This document shows positions 36,431 to 47,293 of a DNA stretch of 64,000 nt, piece after piece. The notes under the pieces were generated by a model. It was not told where the DNA came from and did not search any database. It saw nothing but the letters and a program-made list of their open reading frames with translations. Within the stretch, counting starts at the first letter, position 1. Every line of letters begins with the position of its first letter. Source of the DNA: a virus. Taxonomy: Duplodnaviria; Caudoviricetes. The stretch is from the IMG/VR virus record IMGVR_UViG_3300042914_002678. One strand, written 5' to 3'. The translations under genes were made by a program, and so were the position numbers.

Positions 36431-37123
36431 TTTAATTCTAATATTATCTGCTCTTTTTAATCTATCATCAACATATTGAGTTGAATCGGAATATAACATT
36501 AATTTTCTACTATCATTTAAAAATTGTTGTAGATATTCTCTTCTCAAAACAAATATATTTCTTTTATCGTCATTTTTTCTAACTTCATGCTCATAGTTTG
36601 TAACTAAAGTGGTAACATTATATTTTGTTATGATTGTTTTTAATCCACTATCATAAAATTTCACATAAGAAGTATTTGGTTCAATATCAGTCGATGGTCT
36701 TGGAGATTTGAAGTTTTTATCTACAATTAATTTTTCTGGTAAAATTAATCTACCTTTAGAATCTTTTACTTCTATTGTCTCATAGAATCTGGCATCATTT
36801 AAAGAATTGCCATAAATTTTTTCAGCGTAAAGAAAAATATCCTTGTCTGATAAAGGCCATTGATCCCGAATATTGCGAATATCTGCACTAATTAAAACCA
36901 CCCAATCAAGATCAGAATCTCCATATAATTCTTCTGCAACATTATCTGGACGATCTCCGTCTCTGATTATATACTTGTTAAATGCAGTTATATAGTTTTG
37001 AATATCTTCTCTAATTTTAACTCTTTTAAATATATTTTTTACAGTAATATATTCTGAAGAAGAATTTCTATCAGATAAAGGTGAGAGATATTCTAAATCT
37101 GGAAGTTCTCTGAAGTATCCCAT
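36422..37123 (-). CDS. gp53: Baseplate wedge subunit
   Basis: YF..LPDLEY...NIF.R...Y.IRDGDRPD.VAEELYGD..LDWVVL. Confidence 0.9.
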   Translation of the reverse strand: MGYFRELPDLEYLSPLSDRNSSSEYITVKNIFKRVKIREDIQNYITAFNKYIIRDGDRPDNVAEELYGDSDLDWVVLISADIRNIRDQWPLSDKDIFLYAEKIYGNSLNDARFYETIEVKDSKGRLILPEKLIVDKNFKSPRPSTDIEPNTSYVKFYDSGLKTIITKYNVTTLVTNYEHEVRKNDDKRNIFVLRREYLQQFLNDSRKLMLYSDSTQYVDDRLKRADNIRIKSP

Positions 37124-37124
37124 T

Positions 37125-38075
37125 TTAGTATCCTACTCCTTTTGTTCCACCAGACCTCTTATACGTTAAGTCTGTTCCAGAAATTGGTTTATCTGTTGCT
37201 TCATCGTTATAATCACTATCATAAATTGGAGATAGTTCTTTAAATGTCAAATCCATAATTATAGAGATTGGAGTTCCATCTGCATAAGTTGCATAAACAT
37301 TTTCACCAGTGTAGTTTACACCCATATCAGTTAAAGCACATTCTTTAAATTTATTTAAAAATGGATGATCAGTATTTCCTTTTCTATAAGTAAGTTCAAA
37401 AATATTTGGAGTTTCTAAAAATGCAGCATAAACTTTTGGTGCCATATTTCTTTTAAAAGATCTTATGATAGATTTTATTTGAAGAGATTCATTTTCATCT
37501 CTTGGAGTCATTTTAAAAGAAAATCTAAAAGATCTAAGAGTTACATTGTTAAAAAGTAACTCCATATTTGGATTAAATATTCTACCTACCGATCTTGCTA
37601 ATATTTGATCCGGTGAAACATTTGCACCAAAAACATTTACCGCTTGAGAGGCAAAATATCTGTTAACTGCTAATCTTGCATCATCATCTTCAATAAGAGT
37701 ATTTAATGTAAGACCAGCATTTGCTCCTATTTGATCGACTAATTTTTCTGGAGCTATAATGTTTCCTTCATTTATAGTCTTACTAACCAATCCTGCTGCT
37801 GCTGCTGCATAAGAATTTATAGTATCGTCACCATATCCAACAGAATTACTATCTTGAATATTTGAAGGCATAGGCAATAAAATAATTCCGTCATCAACTA
37901 ATTCTGCTACAGACGAAGCAGTTGCTCCAACATCTGTCGCTTTTCCTATTCTTCTTCTAGAACTAGGACTTGTTAGTGTAGGTAATCCTCCAGCAACGTA
38001 TTTTTTAATTGCAATTTGCAAATAATCTGTTGTTTCGGTTATTGCTTCGTAAGGATATCTTAGAACAGTAGTCAT
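37125..38075 (-). CDS. gp48: Baseplate tail-tube cap
   Basis: LPMPSNIQD, NPNMELLF...RSFRFSFKMTP. Confidence 0.85.
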   Translation of the reverse strand: MTTVLRYPYEAITETTDYLQIAIKKYVAGGLPTLTSPSSRRRIGKATDVGATASSVAELVDDGIILLPMPSNIQDSNSVGYGDDTINSYAAAAAGLVSKTINEGNIIAPEKLVDQIGANAGLTLNTLIEDDDARLAVNRYFASQAVNVFGANVSPDQILARSVGRIFNPNMELLFNNVTLRSFRFSFKMTPRDENESLQIKSIIRSFKRNMAPKVYAAFLETPNIFELTYRKGNTDHPFLNKFKECALTDMGVNYTGENVYATYADGTPISIIMDLTFKELSPIYDSDYNDEATDKPISGTDLTYKRSGGTKGVGY

Positions 38076-38084
38076 TATCCTTTT

Positions 38085-38480
38085 TTAATTATTTAGTCTG
38101 ATTTTTTTAAAAGGAAGAGCTTGTGCGTCTTTTAGTTCTTCTGGATAAATTATATGCAAAGGACCAATTATTTCGTTCCATGTATATTGTCTATGTCCCC
38201 CCCAATGAAAATTAATTCCTTTAAATCCCCATTGAAACAATTCAGTAATTGCAACTAGTGGATATTCGTCATATCTAATGTTTGAAGTTTTGGGGCGATA
38301 TACAAACGTGTAAAATTTTCCTACACTTGGACTTGTTGTTGTTTCTTTAAGGACTTCTAATAAACTTAACATTATATCATCAGGATCTTCAGTGCCAATT
38401 AGATCGTCATAATTTTTACGAAGACGATTGTTTTTATCGTCAGTTGGATTATTTCTTTCTTTTAAAGTTTTTCTTGGCAT
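38085..38480 (-). CDS. gp2: DNA end protector-like protein
   Basis: GKFYTFVYRPKT...YDEYPLV...GINFH. Confidence 0.7.
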   Translation of the reverse strand: MPRKTLKERNNPTDDKNNRLRKNYDDLIGTEDPDDIMLSLLEVLKETTTSPSVGKFYTFVYRPKTSNIRYDEYPLVAITELFQWGFKGINFHWGGHRQYTWNEIIGPLHIIYPEELKDAQALPFKKIRLNN

Positions 38481-38917
38481 TATTTAATACCTAATTCATT
38501 TTCGGTTAAAACTTTAAATTCGTATCCACGATCTAAACACCAGTCTTTTGCCGCTTCCCATTTTGCTTGATTTTTTGCATATTCATAAACTTCATATAAG
38601 TATCCTTTTGTTTGTCTTTTTGGTTTTGGTGGAGGAGTCATTTGCTTTTTTGGTTTAATCTCAATCATATACTTTTTAATTGAACTATTTTCTTCTTTTA
38701 CTTTAATAAGAAAATCTGGAAAATACCTATGAGGTTTATTGTCTAATGGAGATCTATACCAAACAAACATTTCTTCATTAGACCATTCTAAAACATTTTC
38801 ATTTGTGTCACAATAGACCATGAATTTTCTTTCCCACAAAGATCTGTATATAATATTTGTGGGATCTCCAGCGTATTTGTTGGGATATGTTGGTTTATAT
38901 TTTCCTTTATATGACAT
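38480..38917 (-). CDS. gp4: Head completion nuclease
   Basis: YKGKY.P..P.KY.GDP..I.YRSLWERKFM..CD, YFPDF and IEIKP. Confidence 0.92.
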   Translation of the reverse strand: MSYKGKYKPTYPNKYAGDPTNIIYRSLWERKFMVYCDTNENVLEWSNEEMFVWYRSPLDNKPHRYFPDFLIKVKEENSSIKKYMIEIKPKKQMTPPPKPKRQTKGYLYEVYEYAKNQAKWEAAKDWCLDRGYEFKVLTENELGIK

Positions 38918-38954
38918 CTAAATAACATTAATAGACCAATATTAGGTATTTAGA
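38918..38954. promoter_or_regulatory. Crossing divergent late promoters
   Basis: TCTAAATA on the plus strand (38918-38925) and its inverse TATTTAGA (38947-38954). Confidence 0.6.
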
Positions 38955-38955
38955 A

Positions 38956-39798
38956 ATGCCAATCCCGTCAATTAATGCTCTCACAATGCTAAGTGGTAGA
39001 GAGCAATTTGGCAACGTTGCGAGAACTAATCAATTTCAAGTTTTTATTGAAAATGGATGGGGAACTAGTGGTTCTACAACACCTTTTTTAGAACACCTAA
39101 AAAATACCACTTTGTATTATGGAATTGATTGGACTGCAACATTTAAGAAAAAACTTTCTTTATTGTGTTTTGACGCAAATCTTCCTGCCTCTACTTATGC
39201 AACTGCAGAAGTAAAAGATAATTTTATGGGAGTTGCTCAAGAATTTGCACATACTAGAATTAATACCGATATTGATTTTAGTTTTTATGTTGATAGTAAC
39301 TATTATGTTTTAACATTTTTTGAGGCATGGATGGATTATGTTTCTGGAGGAAATAGCAAAAAGGATCCATCAACTGGAGATCCTGTTCCAGATGAACCAA
39401 GTTTATACGATAATAATATTAATCCTTATTATAGAAGATTTAATTATCCAAAATTTTATAAAAATCAATCTGGAGTTTATATTAAAAAGTTTGAAAATAA
39501 CTGGGATGTTGAAGGAACCACAAATATAACATATCAATTAATTAATGCATTTCCAAAATCTATTGCCTCTATTCCTGTTACTTATGGTGAAGCAGAAGTT
39601 ATGAAAGTAACGGTAACAATGAATTATGATCGTTATAGATTGTATAGAGAAATTGCAGGACCGCCAGTTGTTGGTGGTGCTCTTAAAAATTCTGATGGAA
39701 CTTGGACAGTTCAACTTATCATTGCTGGAGATGTTATTACTAAAACAGTAAGCAATACGGTATATCAGACTAAATATGCTTTACCACCAGTACCATAA
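38956..39798 (+). CDS. Tail-tube initiator / gp19-fold protein (gp54-like)
   Basis: ARTNQFQV..CFDANLP..FYVD..FFEAW..AFPKSI; position between gp4 and gp26. Confidence 0.7.
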   Translation: MPIPSINALTMLSGREQFGNVARTNQFQVFIENGWGTSGSTTPFLEHLKNTTLYYGIDWTATFKKKLSLLCFDANLPASTYATAEVKDNFMGVAQEFAHTRINTDIDFSFYVDSNYYVLTFFEAWMDYVSGGNSKKDPSTGDPVPDEPSLYDNNINPYYRRFNYPKFYKNQSGVYIKKFENNWDVEGTTNITYQLINAFPKSIASIPVTYGEAEVMKVTVTMNYDRYRLYREIAGPPVVGGALKNSDGTWTVQLIIAGDVITKTVSNTVYQTKYALPPVP

Positions 39799-39827
39799 AT
39801 AATTGCAACTGATTTGTGTAGGAAATT

Positions 39828-40550
39828 ATGCCTTTACCAAAAATTACAACACCAACTTATGAGTTGGAAATTCCCTCTACTGGAAAAAAGATTAAATATC
39901 GTCCTTTTTTGGTAAGAGAAGAAAAAATTCTAATCATGGCATTAGAATCTGAAGATATGAAATCAATCACAGATTCTATTGTCCAGATACTAAGCGAATG
40001 TATTCAAACAAAAGGTATAAGTATATCAGAACTTGCAACTTTTGATATTGAATACATTTTCTTAAACGTTAGAGCAAAATCAATTGGTGAAAAAATAGAA
40101 GTTAATGTAACCTGTCCAGACGATGGAGAAACACAAGTATCTACTGAAATTGATTTAGATACGATTAAAGTTCACAAAGAAAAAAATCATTCTAATATCA
40201 TTAAGATAGACGATGAATTGTCAATGAAGATGAAGTATCCTTCATTGGAACAATTTGTTGAAAATAATTTTGAATTTCAAGAATCTAATATTGATGTAGA
40301 TAAATCTTTGAATATGATTGTTTCTTGCATTGATATGGTATATACACCAGAGGAGTGTTGGTCGGCTTCTGATTGTACCAAGAAAGAATTGGTAGAATTT
40401 GTAGAGCAAATGAATACCAAACAGTTTAAAGAAATTGAATCTTTCTTTACAACTATGCCAAAGTTAACTCATAAGGTAGTAATTAAAAATCCCAAAACTA
40501 AAAAGGACAATGAAATCGTATTGGAAGGGTTAGCAAGTTTTTTCAGCTAA
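39828..40550 (+). CDS. gp26: Baseplate hub subunit
   Basis: MPLPKI.TPTYEL..YRPFLVREEKIL. Confidence 0.9.
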   Translation: MPLPKITTPTYELEIPSTGKKIKYRPFLVREEKILIMALESEDMKSITDSIVQILSECIQTKGISISELATFDIEYIFLNVRAKSIGEKIEVNVTCPDDGETQVSTEIDLDTIKVHKEKNHSNIIKIDDELSMKMKYPSLEQFVENNFEFQESNIDVDKSLNMIVSCIDMVYTPEECWSASDCTKKELVEFVEQMNTKQFKEIESFFTTMPKLTHKVVIKNPKTKKDNEIVLEGLASFFS

Positions 40551-40720
40551 TGATGTCTCATACTAGTCTTGAGGCATATTATAGAATTAATTTTTCCTTG
40601 ATGCAGCATCATAAATACTCTTTGACAGAACTTGATAACATGATTCCTTGGGAAAGAGAAGTTTATGTATCTCTCCTTCAACAATATATTGAAGAAGAAA
40701 ACGCAAAGCAGAGGCAGTAA
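40550..40720 (+). CDS. gp51: Baseplate hub assembly catalyst
   Basis: Hand translation ..YYRINFSLMQHHKYSLTELDNMIPWEREVYVSLL..; absent from the ORF track. Confidence 0.88.
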   Translation: MMSHTSLEAYYRINFSLMQHHKYSLTELDNMIPWEREVYVSLLQQYIEEENAKQRQ

Positions 40721-42994
40721 GTGGCAATAGGAAAACAACCATTTTTTAAAGCACCATCAGTACCTAAAATGGGGAAGAAGACAGTTTCTTCTTCTGTGTT
40801 TTCCAACGTTTCTCAACAAGTAGAGCAGAAATTTAAAATATCACCTTTTAGATTTCTTCAACCAAAGCAACAAAATATTGTTGCTCAAACTGAGTTATTG
40901 CAAACTAAAGTAGAACAATCTACAAAAAATGATGGAATTATAAATTCTACTTTAACAATAACAAATAGAGTTTTAGAAGGAGTACAAAAACAACTTTTCT
41001 CATATTTTTCATCAATAGAAGCAGAAAAGAAACAAGCACTCGCTGCGTCAAAAGCTTCCGCTAAAAAAAGAAGAATAGGAGCAAAAGAACAGAGTATTGA
41101 AGAACCAAATAAAATTAATCAAATAATTGGAAAAGCTTTTAGTAAAGTAACTGCACCAGCAAGATCTATATTTAGTAAAATACTTGAATTTTTTAGTATT
41201 CTTCTTACTGGAATACTCGTTAATAGTGCTTGGAAATGGTTACAAGATCCAAAAAATCGTGAAAAAGTAGGAAAATTTTTCAGTTTTATTGCAGAGCACT
41301 GGAGATGGATTGTTAGAGTATTAGTTCTTGGTAAATTATTAGGATTTTTATATAAAGTTTATCGAGTTGTAAGTGGTCTTAAAAAAGGTGTTGATTTATT
41401 AAGGAAAGGTTGGGATCTTCTTAATAAAAGTAAAAAAACTAGTGGTCCTGGTGGCGGTGGAGGAGGTGATCCTTGTAGACCATTACTACAGTGCATGGGA
41501 AATCCTGCTTTCTCTGCTAGATTTGTTGCTGCTTCAATCGCAGCATTTATTGCTAATCAGCAATTAACAAATCATATTAAAAATGTAGCAAAAGGATTAC
41601 TTGTTCCAGCACCTCCAACTCCAATACCTGCTGTTCCGCCAGTAGTACCACCTACAACTCAAAGACCAACATTACAACAACAATATCGTCAATCAAGGCA
41701 AGGTGCTCCTGCTGGTGGTTATTCTGCAACAAACGTGCAAGCGGCCCAGCAGGCAGCAGGATCAACTCCCGCACAAAGTTCTCAGCAACTATCAAAAACA
41801 TGGGATCAAGTTAGATCATTATCAAATGATCCGGAAATTCAAGTAATTCTAAAAACATCTGCTTTATTAACTTTTCTAGACGGACCAGTTCCATTTGGTG
41901 ACCCCCTTGCCGTAGGAAATCTATTAAGGATATTACCAAAATTAATTCAGGTAATGACAAGACGCGGCATGGCAGTTGCTGCGTCAAAAGGTGGAACAAT
42001 ACCAAAAGAAGCACCAAAGAAAAAGTGTGATACTTGTTCATTATTACCAACTTTCTCCCAAGGAGGAACAGTGGGTGGTCCAGGATCTGGAAATGTAGAT
42101 AGTGTTCCAACTATGCTTGCTCCTGGTGAAGAGGTTATTCGTACTTCTGCTGCAATGTTATTCAGACCACTATTGAAAGATATTAATGATAACGCTGGTA
42201 GAATGTGGCAGGCATTTCAGTCTGCTATTGACCTACAAGAAAGAAATAATTTTTCTCAACTTTCAACTACTGAAAAATTTAATAAATTACTAGATGCTTT
42301 TAATAAAGAATTAAAAGGTTTAATTCAAAAAGAAAAAGTTAAAGAATTAAAAAACAATTCAAGTATTTTTGGTCCAGGAAAAACTGGTAATATTCCAGCA
42401 CAAGAAGGAACTGGAAAGGAAGGACCATCTGATATTCCGCCAGGAGATTCTAGATTAAACGAATTAATTGAACCAGTAAGTAAAGATTCCCCTTTACCTT
42501 CACCAACTACTTCTCCATCAACTCCTTCTCCTTCTTCTTCACCTTCTCCTTCCCCAACCAATACTCAACCTACAGGAGAATCCAGACAATCACAAGAACC
42601 TTCTACAAAACCAACACCAAGAATTCCTACAGTTTTCCAACCAACCCCTCCACAAACACCATTAGAACCAGTAAAACCTCAGCCACTTCAAGTTATACCT
42701 TATAAATCACAGGAACAATCTTTTATAAATGTTGATCAAACTGTAAATAAATTTGTTACTGCAAAATCAAAGCAAATATCTCCAGAAACTTTTAAAAAAC
42801 CAGTTAAGAAAACTAATATTTTACCATTCCAAATGCCACCAATTAATTTGGCAGGGAATGTACAAAATAATATGAAAGGTTCTATGCCAGATCCTTCTAG
42901 TGGTTCTGCAACAGACGTTCCTTCAATATCTTCCTTTGATCCTAACAATTTTTATGTATCTTGGACTCCATATGAATACGGTATGATAACTTAA
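40721..42994 (+). CDS. Large tail/baseplate hub protein (tape-measure-like region)
   Basis: Helical N-terminus, GGTV.GPG..DSVPTML.PGE.V motif and a Pro/Ser-rich linker. Confidence 0.65.
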   Translation: MAIGKQPFFKAPSVPKMGKKTVSSSVFSNVSQQVEQKFKISPFRFLQPKQQNIVAQTELLQTKVEQSTKNDGIINSTLTITNRVLEGVQKQLFSYFSSIEAEKKQALAASKASAKKRRIGAKEQSIEEPNKINQIIGKAFSKVTAPARSIFSKILEFFSILLTGILVNSAWKWLQDPKNREKVGKFFSFIAEHWRWIVRVLVLGKLLGFLYKVYRVVSGLKKGVDLLRKGWDLLNKSKKTSGPGGGGGGDPCRPLLQCMGNPAFSARFVAASIAAFIANQQLTNHIKNVAKGLLVPAPPTPIPAVPPVVPPTTQRPTLQQQYRQSRQGAPAGGYSATNVQAAQQAAGSTPAQSSQQLSKTWDQVRSLSNDPEIQVILKTSALLTFLDGPVPFGDPLAVGNLLRILPKLIQVMTRRGMAVAASKGGTIPKEAPKKKCDTCSLLPTFSQGGTVGGPGSGNVDSVPTMLAPGEEVIRTSAAMLFRPLLKDINDNAGRMWQAFQSAIDLQERNNFSQLSTTEKFNKLLDAFNKELKGLIQKEKVKELKNNSSIFGPGKTGNIPAQEGTGKEGPSDIPPGDSRLNELIEPVSKDSPLPSPTTSPSTPSPSSSPSPSPTNTQPTGESRQSQEPSTKPTPRIPTVFQPTPPQTPLEPVKPQPLQVIPYKSQEQSFINVDQTVNKFVTAKSKQISPETFKKPVKKTNILPFQMPPINLAGNVQNNMKGSMPDPSSGSATDVPSISSFDPNNFYVSWTPYEYGMIT

Positions 42995-42995
42995 T

Positions 42996-45488
42996 ATGGA
43001 CTTAAAATCAGTTAAAAAACTAAAATTAAACGTTACTAATATTCGAAGTACTTTATTCTCTTATAATAAGAGTTTAAAGAAACTTAGATTAGATCAATCT
43101 TCTTTTGCAAGAAATGAATTAATAAAACAAAAAAGAGCAGAAAAAGAGCAAAACATAGAAAAAAAACCGTCAAGATTATCAACAGCAATTGAATTTGCAA
43201 AATCAAGATTACTTAGCGCACCTATTAGTATTTTTGATAAAATTAAAGAATTTTTTGGTGTTGTTTTAATAGGATTGTTAATTAGCAATCTTCCAAGAAT
43301 TATTAAAGGATTGCAGAAGTTTTTTGGTGATAATCCATGGATTATAACTGGAATAAAAGAAACGATTAATAATGTTGGAATTGGATTATCTAAACTTATT
43401 GAAGTTGTTCAAATGATAGCAGAACCAACATATAAATTTGTGGCAAGAAATAGAAACGAAATTGAAGGATTAATTAATAATATTGATTCTCTTCTTACTA
43501 ATATTGAAAATGGATTAATAGGTCTAGTTGGGAATGCCATTATGGGACCTCCACCTCCAACTGTAAATAGTCCTAATTATTCTAGTTTTGTTGCTGGTGG
43601 AGGAAAAGCATCTGTTAAACAAGGAAGATCAGTTTCTCAAGTTATTAAACAAGGACAGCAGAATATTTCTAGGTTTAATTCTGGTCCAAGAGCACCAACT
43701 CCTGCACCTTCTTTACCATCACCTGTAGCTCCACCTGCACTACCAATTCAGTCTTTTGCAAAAGGAGGAACAGTTCAACCAGTTTCTTCAAATGTAAAAT
43801 CACGAGGAAAAGTTTCTTCTCAAACTAAAAAATCACCATTCAGTAAACCTGGAGGAACACCAAGTGGGAGAAAGGCAATAAAATCCACAGAATCTTTTGA
43901 AAAATTTAAATCAAATACTGTAAATAAATTAACTGACATAAAAGTTCAAAAAGATAATAATAATCTTTTTGAAGGTTTGATTGAAAAATTTAGACAATTA
44001 AAATCATTAAAAGGAGATAAGGATACAAAAGGTGGTGGAGGTGGCGGCGGCGGTGGTGGTCCTAGTGGCGGAGATTATCAGGGTGAAGTAAGTGTTTCAA
44101 GTGATAGTCCAGATTTTTGGTTACTATCTACCGTTGCTTTATTTGAAAGATCAAGTCCACAAGGAGCTGCTGATGTTGCACAAGCAACATATAATAGAGT
44201 TGCCGCACCTGGTGATCCTTGGAAAACTGGTGGTAGTATAAGAACTGCTCTTTTAGATCCTGGTCAATATACTCCCGTGAGCAATTATGGTGGACCATCT
44301 GCTTGGGGAAAAATAGTTGATAAAAAATCTGCGGTGGAGTTTGTTGAAAAAAATGGGAAAAATAAAAAACAGTTAGAAACAGTATCTTCTGCTTTATTGG
44401 ATTCTAGTAGACAATCTTCTGCAAGAACATTTGTTGGACCAAGAGACAGTTTTAGAGCAACAACAAGCGAAAATATAAAGTATGATCAATTAGCAAATGA
44501 CACTGAAGTTAAAAGAGATGGTCATATTTTTGGATTTGAGCCTGGTGGAGCGCAAATTGAAAAGTTTAGACAAGGAAAATTACAACCAGCTGTTGTTAAC
44601 AAACAAGTCAGAGGAACTGTAACACCAACTGCACCACCACCAAAGCAAAAGGGTGATATAATATCAAAAGATAAAACTGTTGTTGTCGAAGGTGAGTTTA
44701 GATTAAGACCAGATGCTGCTGCTGCATATAAGAGAATGAAAGCAGATGCTAAAAAAGAAGGTGTAAATATTAGTTTAGAGTCTGCTTGGAGAGATAGTAG
44801 TGTCCAAGCATATCTTTATGATTTATTCATAAGAGGATTGGGAAATCTGGCAGCTCCTCCTGGTTCATCCGATCATGAAAGAGGAATTGCTATTGATCTT
44901 AGAGATGGAATTCCTTGGGCACAAAAAAATTGTCTTAAATATGGTTGGTATAATTCTGGAATGAATTTTTCACAAAAAGAACCTTGGCATTTTGATTATC
45001 GTGGAGGAGGAATAACACAACCACAGCAACAAAAACCAAAAATAGTATCAACAGTTAAACAACAAGAATTAGATAAGTTAAAAACAGTAATTCAGTCTAA
45101 ACCTGGAAGTAAAAAATCAGTAAATATAGATGGGGTTGGAACTTACATACGAGGAACAAATGTATTCGGAATGCCAGAAGACAAATATTTTGATGATAGT
45201 GGAAAACCAATAACAAAGGATGAGTTTTATAATAGACTTGAGAAAGCAAAGAAAAATAGCAATTTAATTTCTAGTTCTTCTGTTCCATTTGATGTAAAAC
45301 AACTTGAAAGAAATAATTTGCAAATGGAAGAGGAAGATGGATCTTCTAATATTTTGATTGCTCAGCAACCAATTTATCTTCCTGGACAACCAATACCAAT
45401 GCCATATCCAGTTGTTCAAAAAACTATATCTTCTTCAAATACAGTATCATATAATCCAGAATCTTTAGTAGCAAGGGGTTTAGTATAA
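42996..45488 (+). CDS. Tail-associated protein with SleB-like hydrolase and VanY/M15B peptidase domains
   Basis: E...GAADVAQATYNRV..PGQY; SAWRD..Q..APPGSSDHERGIAIDL..EPWHFDY. Confidence 0.8.
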   Translation: MDLKSVKKLKLNVTNIRSTLFSYNKSLKKLRLDQSSFARNELIKQKRAEKEQNIEKKPSRLSTAIEFAKSRLLSAPISIFDKIKEFFGVVLIGLLISNLPRIIKGLQKFFGDNPWIITGIKETINNVGIGLSKLIEVVQMIAEPTYKFVARNRNEIEGLINNIDSLLTNIENGLIGLVGNAIMGPPPPTVNSPNYSSFVAGGGKASVKQGRSVSQVIKQGQQNISRFNSGPRAPTPAPSLPSPVAPPALPIQSFAKGGTVQPVSSNVKSRGKVSSQTKKSPFSKPGGTPSGRKAIKSTESFEKFKSNTVNKLTDIKVQKDNNNLFEGLIEKFRQLKSLKGDKDTKGGGGGGGGGGPSGGDYQGEVSVSSDSPDFWLLSTVALFERSSPQGAADVAQATYNRVAAPGDPWKTGGSIRTALLDPGQYTPVSNYGGPSAWGKIVDKKSAVEFVEKNGKNKKQLETVSSALLDSSRQSSARTFVGPRDSFRATTSENIKYDQLANDTEVKRDGHIFGFEPGGAQIEKFRQGKLQPAVVNKQVRGTVTPTAPPPKQKGDIISKDKTVVVEGEFRLRPDAAAAYKRMKADAKKEGVNISLESAWRDSSVQAYLYDLFIRGLGNLAAPPGSSDHERGIAIDLRDGIPWAQKNCLKYGWYNSGMNFSQKEPWHFDYRGGGITQPQQQKPKIVSTVKQQELDKLKTVIQSKPGSKKSVNIDGVGTYIRGTNVFGMPEDKYFDDSGKPITKDEFYNRLEKAKKNSNLISSSSVPFDVKQLERNNLQMEEEDGSSNILIAQQPIYLPGQPIPMPYPVVQKTISSSNTVSYNPESLVARGLV

Positions 45489-45489
45489 A

Positions 45490-46797
45490 ATGTTAAATGC
45501 TTCAAAATCTTCCAGATATTCTGAAATTAAAATTAATAAAAATGGTAAAGAAGTTTCCTTAGAAGGTAGGACGGTTAGTTTTAGTTACTATGAGAGTTTA
45601 CTTTCTCCACATATAACTGCAAAAATAGTTTTTGTAGATTCTGGAAATGCATTGCAGGCAGAAAAAAAATATGATACTCAAGAAAGATATGGAACAATAG
45701 TATCTTCATTACCAGTAAGAGGAAGTGGAGATGAAGAAGTTTCTTTTAAAATAGAAAGCAAACTTGGCAATTTAGATTTTACTTCTTATCCATTGATAAT
45801 AAATTCTAAACCATCTCCAGCACAAGAATCTACCAGACAAGTTGTTACATTGAATTTAGTTTCAAAATATGCGATTGATAATGAAAATACTAATATTTAC
45901 TCCAAATATTACAATAGCATATCAGATTCCGTAAAACAAATAATTACTAATGATTTAAAAATTCCTTCTACTAAAATATCTCAAATAGAAACGACAAAAA
46001 ATTCAAATGCATTTAGTGGAAATTCAAGAAGAGCATTTGACGTTATAATATCATTGTGTCCAAAATCAATACCAATAGATGGAAGTGCTGGATACTTTTT
46101 TTGGGAAACTCAAGAAGGATTCAATTTTAGATCAATTGATAGTTTAGTTTCTTCTCCTGCAGTTGAAACTTATCAATATTATAATGTTGGAAATGCAAGT
46201 TTGGATAATGACGATAATGATTATAGAATTTTAACTCAACCACAATTTGTAAAAGATCAAAATCTTCTTGATTTGCTGAGATCTGGAACATTAAGATCAA
46301 AAAATATTTTTCTAGATCTTTCTACAGGAAAATATGAAGAGATATTTACAAATATAAGTGGATCTGGAATCAAGGTTCTTGGTGGAAATCAAGAATATTC
46401 TTCAAATTTATATCCAACTTCTGATAAAAAAGTGTTTAGTAGAACTAATCATTTTATTTTAGATACTGGTAATATGGAAAAGGAATTAAGTACAAAACTT
46501 AATAATGATCCTCGTCAGTATCTTGCAGTTTCTGCTATGAAATATAATATTACAATAAGTCAAGTTTTAAATGTCATTGTACCATGCAATCCTAATTTAA
46601 AAGCAGGAAATGTAATTAACTGTGAATTTGAAAAGATAACACCGAGCAGTAAAAATTCTGGATCAATAGATGAATCTCAAAGTGGAAAATATTTAATTCT
46701 TCATTTGTGTCATAATTTTGATCCAAATAGATCTTTTACTTCACTTACTTTAGTTCGAGATACATATGGAATATATACAAGTGGAGGGAAAATATAA
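45490..46797 (+). CDS. Baseplate hub protein (gp27/late control D-like)
   Basis: YYESLLSP, FFWETQEGFNF.SI.SL and SGKYLI..L.H.F; synteny. Confidence 0.65.
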   Translation: MLNASKSSRYSEIKINKNGKEVSLEGRTVSFSYYESLLSPHITAKIVFVDSGNALQAEKKYDTQERYGTIVSSLPVRGSGDEEVSFKIESKLGNLDFTSYPLIINSKPSPAQESTRQVVTLNLVSKYAIDNENTNIYSKYYNSISDSVKQIITNDLKIPSTKISQIETTKNSNAFSGNSRRAFDVIISLCPKSIPIDGSAGYFFWETQEGFNFRSIDSLVSSPAVETYQYYNVGNASLDNDDNDYRILTQPQFVKDQNLLDLLRSGTLRSKNIFLDLSTGKYEEIFTNISGSGIKVLGGNQEYSSNLYPTSDKKVFSRTNHFILDTGNMEKELSTKLNNDPRQYLAVSAMKYNITISQVLNVIVPCNPNLKAGNVINCEFEKITPSSKNSGSIDESQSGKYLILHLCHNFDPNRSFTSLTLVRDTYGIYTSGGKI

Positions 46798-46802
46798 AAA
46801 TA

Positions 46803-47291
46803 ATGTTTAAACCAGGATTTTTTGGTAAAAACCCCCCAAGATGGTGGATTGGTCAGGTTCCATTGGGACAGACTGATAATAAAACGGAATCTATAAAATG
46901 GGGAGACAGAGTTCAAGTTAGAATAGTTGGATATCATCCAATGGAGGGTAATATTCTTCCAGATGAAGATCTCCCTTGGGCAATTATTTTAAAACCCTCT
47001 TCCCAAGGTACACTAAATAGAGGATCAACCGCTATTATAGGTGGTGAATGGGTAGTTGGTATTTTTCTAGATGACGATTGTGAAAGACCTTTAATTATAG
47101 GTGTAATTGGAAGATCTAATCCTGGATATGAATGCACCCTTTCTGATCAACAATCTCAAAAAAGTACAGAGTTTAAAACAACATTATCATATTGGGGTTC
47201 AATAGTAGCGCAACCATATCATTTAGCTTCTGGTCAAAAACCTTCCGATAAACCTCTTGTTCCACCTGAAAATTTATTTCCTGGTAAGTAA
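46803..47291 (+). CDS. gp5: gp5 N-terminal OB-fold domain protein
   Basis: WWIGQV...RVQVRIVGYH...LPDEDLPWA...GEWVVGIFLD. Confidence 0.75.
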   Translation: MFKPGFFGKNPPRWWIGQVPLGQTDNKTESIKWGDRVQVRIVGYHPMEGNILPDEDLPWAIILKPSSQGTLNRGSTAIIGGEWVVGIFLDDDCERPLIIGVIGRSNPGYECTLSDQQSQKSTEFKTTLSYWGSIVAQPYHLASGQKPSDKPLVPPENLFPGK

Positions 47292-47293
47292 TT

